Positions 59,157 through 64,000 of a stretch of DNA of 64,000 nucleotides are shown piece after piece (the stretch's first letter is position 1; each line of letters begins with the position of its first letter). The notes under the pieces were generated by a model that had not been told where the DNA came from, did no database searches, and saw only the letters and a list, made by a program, of their open reading frames with translations. The DNA is from Planctomycetota bacterium (lineage in GTDB: Bacteria > Planctomycetota > UBA1135 > GCA-002686595), in the NCBI GenBank assembly GCA_014237855.1, contig JABACD010000007.1, forward strand, positions 65,399 through 129,398. Reading direction: 5' to 3'. A program made the position numbers and the translations under genes.

Positions 59157-60782
59157 ATGAAGAGAGCTAGGGGCAGTCCCGGGTTACTCGCCATCGTTGC
59201 CCTGGCAGGAGCCGGGACGATGATCGTCGAACTAGCAGCCGTTCGAGTCCTGGCACCCTGGTTTGGGACCTCCTCAGCAGTCTGGACCAACGTGATCGGC
59301 GTCGTGCTGCTCGCGCTGGCCATCGGATATCTGCTTGGGTCACGCCTCGCCATGCGGCCCAACCCAACCCGCACCCTTGGCTGGGCCCTCCTGACAGCTG
59401 CCCTGGTGGTTGCCTGTCTCCCCGCAGCCGCCAATCCCATCGCCAGCCTCTTCCGGCCCGAAGGCGGCACCCTTGACCGCGCCAGCGAGCTGCTCATGTG
59501 GGGCAGTCTGACAGCCTCCCTGCTGCTCTTCTCTCCCGCTGCCATCGCCCTGGGATGTGTCGGGCCCCTGGCTGTGGAGTGTGTCCAGCAGCGAACCGAA
59601 GGTCATGCGGGCACGGCGGGCGGGGCTGTACTCTGCGCCTCCACACTCGGGAGTCTGGCAGGCACTTTCGGCACGACTCACTTCCTGGTCCCCGCTCTCG
59701 GCATCTCCTTGAGCTTCTACATCGCTGCAGGGACCCTGGCGCTGCTCGGACTGATCACCCACTGGATGGCCGGTGGCGTGACCACGGCTGGCGGAGGTAC
59801 GGCTGCCGCCTGCGCACTCTTCGCCCTGGGCCCTGGATTCCAGCCACCACAGCTCGGCCCCAACACCAGGCTGCTGGAAACGGCCCAGTCGACCTACCAG
59901 ACAGTGCGGGTCGTTGAGACCGGAGAGGGACCTACGCTCCAGAGACAGCTGCAGGTCAACGAGGGGCTGGATTCCTTTCAATCGGTCTGGCAGCCAAGCC
60001 CAGGCCTGCTGCCAGCAGGCTACTACTACAACTACTTCTGCCTGCCGGCCTGGTGGTCCGCGGGCGCTGGCCGCTGGCGCGTGATGGTCCTGGGGCTCGG
60101 TGCTGGAACAGCATGGCGGGTGCTCGAAGGTGCCATGCCCGATGACACGACCCTGGACGCGAGCGGTGTGGAGATCGACCCCAAGGTCGTCGAGCTGGCT
60201 CGAAGCCACATGGATCTCGCAGCAGAAGGTCCAGGGCGGAGAACCTGGTCTGGTTGGGACGCCAGAGCCGCGCTTGCACAAGGCGCTCAAGAGTACGACC
60301 AGATCATCCTCGACACCTATGCGAATCAGATGGAGGTCCCCGCGCATCTTTGCAGCGAGGAGTTCTTCACAGAGGTGCACGAGCACCTCGTCGATGGGGG
60401 CTGGCTGACCATCAACATTGGCGGCTTTGACCTGGACGATCCGGTCGTCGAGGCGATCACGAGTACAGCCGCTTCCGCCTTCGAGCGCCCGGCACTGCTC
60501 GTTCGCGTCCCCTTCTCGCGCAACTGCATTGCGTACCTGCGGAGGGGCGCGCTCCCCTTCACTCCAGGGAGCCCGGGATGGACCATCGAGGATGGCCCCG
60601 CTGCGTCCTTGCTCCCTCCTGTGGAGTTGGACGGCGCCTGGAAGCTCATCAGACCGGGCAGCGGACCTCTCCTGACAGACGATCGCAATGGCATCGACGC
60701 CCTGCAGCGCGAATCGCTCTCCCGGGCCTCCCTGAGGCTGGCCCGTCTGGAGGCCAGCAAGCCCGGGCAGCCCAAGCCGTGA
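59157..60782 (+). CDS. Fused polytopic membrane domain / spermidine-synthase-like (class I MTase fold) protein
   Basis: The N-terminal half has ~7 TM helices. The C-terminal half reads RVMVLGLGAGTAWR...GVEIDPKVVELAR...YDQIILDTY, as in aminopropyltransferase-like proteins. Confidence 0.75.
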   Translation: MKRARGSPGLLAIVALAGAGTMIVELAAVRVLAPWFGTSSAVWTNVIGVVLLALAIGYLLGSRLAMRPNPTRTLGWALLTAALVVACLPAAANPIASLFRPEGGTLDRASELLMWGSLTASLLLFSPAAIALGCVGPLAVECVQQRTEGHAGTAGGAVLCASTLGSLAGTFGTTHFLVPALGISLSFYIAAGTLALLGLITHWMAGGVTTAGGGTAAACALFALGPGFQPPQLGPNTRLLETAQSTYQTVRVVETGEGPTLQRQLQVNEGLDSFQSVWQPSPGLLPAGYYYNYFCLPAWWSAGAGRWRVMVLGLGAGTAWRVLEGAMPDDTTLDASGVEIDPKVVELARSHMDLAAEGPGRRTWSGWDARAALAQGAQEYDQIILDTYANQMEVPAHLCSEEFFTEVHEHLVDGGWLTINIGGFDLDDPVVEAITSTAASAFERPALLVRVPFSRNCIAYLRRGALPFTPGSPGWTIEDGPAASLLPPVELDGAWKLIRPGSGPLLTDDRNGIDALQRESLSRASLRLARLEASKPGQPKP

Positions 60783-61303
60783 GCGGCCTGGCCTCACTCG
60801 CCTTCCTGGCCGTGGCCTTCGCCGCTGTGCCCCAGGAGCAGGAGAACGGCCTCCAGGCGGCCGTCCGCCTGGTGGGGGAGGAGCGCTATCGCGCTGCCCT
60901 CGAAGCCGCCAGGGCCGAGAGTCAACCCCTGGCGCGAGCTCAGGCGGAGCTCTACGTCCTGCATCAGGGGGGAGCCCTCGAGGAGGCTCTCCTCGCCGGC
61001 CTCGAGGGGTTGGAGACCTCGCCCGAGGACCCCTGGCTACTCGAGCGCTCGGCCTACCTGGCCCTCAGCCTGAATGCGGGCTCGCTCGCCGAGGAGCTCT
61101 ACCTGAACCTCCAGCAGGTCACTGACGAGGCAAGCTGGGATCTTCACGAGCCCCGACTGGGAGAGGCCAGAGCCATTCAGGAGCGCAGGGAGGCCGAGGC
61201 CCTGGCCCTGACACGGGCCCGACTGGGAGTCATCGCGGTGCTGCTGGCGACCCTGGTGCCGCTGCTCTTCTGGTACCGAGCTTCACGGGTGGAACCCGAG
61301 TAG
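60779..61303 (+). CDS. Small helical protein with N-terminal signal/anchor and C-terminal TM
   Basis: The GTG start overlaps the upstream stop (GTGA). VSGLASLAFLAVAFAA..., then a TPR-like helical middle and a C-terminal LGVIAVLLATLVPLLFWY. Confidence 0.5.
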   Translation: MSGLASLAFLAVAFAAVPQEQENGLQAAVRLVGEERYRAALEAARAESQPLARAQAELYVLHQGGALEEALLAGLEGLETSPEDPWLLERSAYLALSLNAGSLAEELYLNLQQVTDEASWDLHEPRLGEARAIQERREAEALALTRARLGVIAVLLATLVPLLFWYRASRVEPE

Positions 61304-61358
61304 TCGACGGCAGGGAGAGAGCCCCCAGGGATCGTCAGGCGCACCAGGTAGAACAAGA

Positions 61359-61395
61359 GAGCGGGCCCGGACGAGGAACTCGCCCGGGCCCGCTC
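61359..61395. terminator. GC-rich hairpin between convergent genes
   Basis: GAGCGGGCCCGG-A-CGAG-GAA-CUCG-C-CCGGGCCCGCUC. Confidence 0.6.
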
Positions 61396-61413
61396 GCTGT
61401 GGGAAGAATCAAC

Positions 61414-63498
61414 CTACAGGATGTCGAGCAATCCTGTTCCGGACTCGCCGGTCAGCGTCGTGGTGTTCGCGCGGTAGTTGATGTCCACGGAGAACTTGGC
61501 GTTCCACGGGAGCTTCTCCTTGTCCGCGACGATACCAAGAGCCACCGCAGCAAAGCCTCGAGCGGCACCGGTAAGGCTATCGTCCTGGAGCATCTCAACC
61601 AGCGGATCAACCGAGCGGGCATCACCGATGAAACCCAAGGCCGAAGCCAGGGCAGCCTGAGTCGTGAGAGTCTTGGCCTCGGCGAGCATGGTGGTCAGCT
61701 TCGTGACCAGAGCCTTGTCACCAAGCAACCCGAGGGAGATGGCAGCCTGCTTGAGGAGTTCGCCACGATACTTCGACTTCTCGACAACTTCCTGGATGGG
61801 CTCGATAGCCGTCACCGAGTTCATCAGGCCGAGCCCGATCGCGGTGTAACCCCGAACGTCGTCGTCCGACATGCTGTCGAGCTTGTCCAGCAAGATCTTC
61901 TCCGCGTCCGTGTCACCAGCGATTCCGCAGGCGATTGCGTAGGCGCCAACCTCGATCTTCGTCTTCGTACCCTGAAGGGCCTGGCGAAGAGCTCCGAGTG
62001 AAGCCGAGGAGGGCTCCTGGTTGTTGTCAAGGAGACCACGCTCCATGACACCGATCGCGAGGCCAGCCCAGGGCTTGACCTGAGTCTTGCCCTTGGAGAG
62101 CTGGGTCAGGAGGTACTTGCGCACATCCTTCACACCGGCCATCGGGTCATCGCCATCACCGGGACGGCCACCGACCTGTCCCATCGCAATCACGCTGAAG
62201 TTCTTGACCTGAGCATCTGCGTTGGCTGAAGCATCCTGCAAGCTGGCACGGATGGTTACATCGGCATCGTCATCGTCGAGGTCACCAAGCATCCCGAAGG
62301 CCAGAGAGGCACTCTGACGCATCTCACGAACACCGACGTTTCCACGCTTGGTGACGTAGGGAGCGATCGCGTCGACCACTCGACTCTTGATCTCCTTGTC
62401 ATTCAGGTCGTCCATCAGCTTGACGATTGCGCGAGGAGCATGGGCACGCACCAGGTAGTGCTTGTCCTTGCTCTTCTCGTCCGAGAAGAACTCGATCAGA
62501 TAATCGATCTGCTCCATGCGGTTCTGGGGCGACAGGGGGCCTTCGGCCTCCGGGTCCACAGGAGCCGCCGAGGCAATCTCCAGGGGCACCAGGCCCATGG
62601 CGACGACCGCTGCAACCTTGACGTCACGAGTACGACCACGCGGCGACTCGCAAATCTGCCAGAGGATGTCGACGATACGCTGACGCTGCTCGGGATCCTC
62701 GGTGTAGTAACCGATCTGGCCAAGGCCGAAGGCGGCGAATGCCCGCGTGCGATAGTTGACGCCAGCCTCGCTACCGACCAGCTTGCGACCCGCGGCATTG
62801 TCCAGCAGCAGGTTCTCAAGCGTATCGATCGACTTGACATTGCCCAGGATGCCCAGCGCCACGGCGGCGGTCTCGGCGATCTCCTGGTTGCCATCCTTCA
62901 AGAAGGGACGAATCAGCTCTTCGAACTGGGAGGTCCCATCCTCGGACTGCTCATCGCCGATCTTGGCCAGCGCGATCATGGCGCCGGTCACGATGTCATT
63001 GTTCGTCTCGGTCTCGAGCGACTTGATCAGCGCAGGCACGATTGTTCCACGAATGGTCTCCTCCGAGGGAGCCATGCTGTCCTTCGCCTGGTTCGTCTGG
63101 CCGTGCCCCAGGAAGAAGTCGTCCGAGCCGGTCAGCGTGCTATCGCTGTGGATATGGCTCTTCAAGTTGAGGTAGGGATCCTTGTTGAAGCCCCACCAGA
63201 ACTGCCAGAGGGTCAGGTCCGGGCCAGCAGAACCACCGGAGGTCGTCGGGCCCTTGGGACCGGAGTTGCCAGGAGCTGCCGGGCCTGCGGGGCCGGGCGT
63301 GCTGGGGCCGGAGGGACCTGGAGCAGAGGGGCCGGAGGGGCCGGGCGTGGAGGGTCCACCACCACCGCCGCCGCCGCCGCCGCCGGGTGGAACCGTGTCA
63401 CCAGGTCCTCGATACGTTCCACCGTGACCGGTAGAAACGTCTTGAAGGCCGATGGCACCCGCAGTGATCAGGGTGCCTAACAAGAGCAGCTTTTTCAT
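61414..63498 (-). CDS. Secreted HEAT-repeat protein with Gly/Pro low-complexity N-terminus
   Basis: Signal peptide MKKLLLLGTLITAGAIG, then poly-G and (PSGPS/TPG)n, then LWQFWWGFNKDPYL, then many HEAT-like units. ATG at 63498. Confidence 0.8.
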   Translation of the reverse strand: MKKLLLLGTLITAGAIGLQDVSTGHGGTYRGPGDTVPPGGGGGGGGGGPSTPGPSGPSAPGPSGPSTPGPAGPAAPGNSGPKGPTTSGGSAGPDLTLWQFWWGFNKDPYLNLKSHIHSDSTLTGSDDFFLGHGQTNQAKDSMAPSEETIRGTIVPALIKSLETETNNDIVTGAMIALAKIGDEQSEDGTSQFEELIRPFLKDGNQEIAETAAVALGILGNVKSIDTLENLLLDNAAGRKLVGSEAGVNYRTRAFAAFGLGQIGYYTEDPEQRQRIVDILWQICESPRGRTRDVKVAAVVAMGLVPLEIASAAPVDPEAEGPLSPQNRMEQIDYLIEFFSDEKSKDKHYLVRAHAPRAIVKLMDDLNDKEIKSRVVDAIAPYVTKRGNVGVREMRQSASLAFGMLGDLDDDDADVTIRASLQDASANADAQVKNFSVIAMGQVGGRPGDGDDPMAGVKDVRKYLLTQLSKGKTQVKPWAGLAIGVMERGLLDNNQEPSSASLGALRQALQGTKTKIEVGAYAIACGIAGDTDAEKILLDKLDSMSDDDVRGYTAIGLGLMNSVTAIEPIQEVVEKSKYRGELLKQAAISLGLLGDKALVTKLTTMLAEAKTLTTQAALASALGFIGDARSVDPLVEMLQDDSLTGAARGFAAVALGIVADKEKLPWNAKFSVDINYRANTTTLTGESGTGLLDIL
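63240..63390 (-). repeat. Coding simple-sequence tract (GGC/GCC run plus imperfect ~15-24-nt tandem units)
   Basis: The plus strand reads ...CCACCACCGCCGCCGCCGCCGCCGCCGGG..., preceded by repeated GGGCCGGAGGG/GGACCTGGAGC units encoding G10 and PSGPSxPG repeats. Confidence 0.7.
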
Positions 63499-63770
63499 CT
63501 TGGATTTGAAGAGTCGAGTATTTGGTTGATTGGGAGTCCCACAGGCATGTGCGCATGCAGGCAAATGGCGAGCAAGGCGCGTGCCACTCCGATTCTGCGA
63601 CCCTCATTGAATCGCCGAATCGGGCAGGAAGCAATCCCAGGAGAGGATGCTTCCTGGGCCCAGGCCCCATGTTTTGCGTGGAGCGGAGCTTTCGCGTTCC
63701 GCCTACGTAGCGCCCTGTGCCCGAGGGGTTACCAATTCCCGAATCCGGCCTCCTGGGCCAGCAGGACACT

Positions 63771-64000
63771 TTAAGCGCTTCCCTCAGGCCCTTGCGGGGG
63801 ACAGACTGGCCTCCCATGACCTCCAGGGGAACAGGATCGGTACAGGAGTGCCTCTTTGGTGGCCTGCTGGCCGTACGCGAAGGTCGCGATCCACTTCTGG
63901 CAGGACTCACGGCCGCACGGCTTGGCCTGGGAGCCTCCCGAGGGATCTGGGTCTCCAATCGGCCAGGCCGCGGCGCCATTTCCCTGAGCGAGCCCGGCTG
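63771..64000 (-). CDS. C-terminal 76 codons of an unidentified protein running off the window edge (absent from ORF track)
   Basis: Hand translation in a GC3-rich frame gives ...AGLAQGNGAAAWPIGDPDPSGGSQAKPCGRESCQKWIATFAYGQQATKEALLYRSCSPGGHGRPVCPPQGPEGSA-stop (TAA, rc at 63771-63773). The listed ORF 63398..63979 is in another, Arg-rich frame. Confidence 0.45.
   Translation of the reverse strand, partial: AGLAQGNGAAAWPIGDPDPSGGSQAKPCGRESCQKWIATFAYGQQATKEALLYRSCSPGGHGRPVCPPQGPEGSA

Noticed and set aside
63398-63979. The listed 193-aa ORF at the right end of the window.
   Set aside because: Its composition is Arg/Pro/Ser-rich and shadow-like. A different frame on the same strand has GC3-rich codons and a clean TAA stop at 63771, and it is the more likely real (edge-truncated) gene.

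Overview
GC-rich bacterial chromosomal window (GC not computed), densely coding on both strands. I support about 55 protein genes, one tRNA locus and several strong hairpin terminators. Many long ORFs in the track are antisense shadows typical of high-GC DNA. Real frames were chosen by recognisable families, GC3-rich codon usage and sensible starts. Hand-located coordinates may be off by 1-2 nt.

Gene content: housekeeping genes (ahcY, dxr, rseP, purM, dus, rlmI-like, gluQ, rocD, apbE) are mixed with secreted and envelope proteins. These include a reprolysin-like Zn protease, a C-type lectin, two sulfatase-like AP-superfamily enzymes, an FGE-like protein, GT2, a GT39-like protein, HEAT-repeat proteins, Tat-signal Gfo/Idh/MocA oxidoreductases and an ECF sigma pair. 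The mix is reminiscent of PVC-type or marine heterotrophs, but that is only a weak inference.

Two genes run off the window edges and are absent from the ORF track: 1..1891(-) and 63771..64000(-).

Most notable observations:
1. A tRNA-Asn gene has a non-pairing 3-prime acceptor strand. A matching acceptor strand plus G73 and CCA sits exactly 100 nt downstream, beyond a long hairpin.
2. A second copy of that hairpin element, with a decayed tRNA 3-prime half and its own terminator, lies 11.8 kb away in the same orientation.
3. Two peroxiredoxin genes each carry one in-frame TGA exactly at the catalytic Cys position, so they are probable selenoproteins that the ORF track splits.
4. A SahR-like ArsR/SAM-MTase regulator sits directly upstream of ahcY.
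5. A GreA-type factor carries a 570-aa N-terminal extension with a CarD-like motif.
6. A DUF1611 / racemase-like / S51 peptidase cluster.
7. A shared Cys-containing C-terminal domain on two secreted proteins.

I found no CRISPR array, integrase, transposase or recognisable defence or toxin system.
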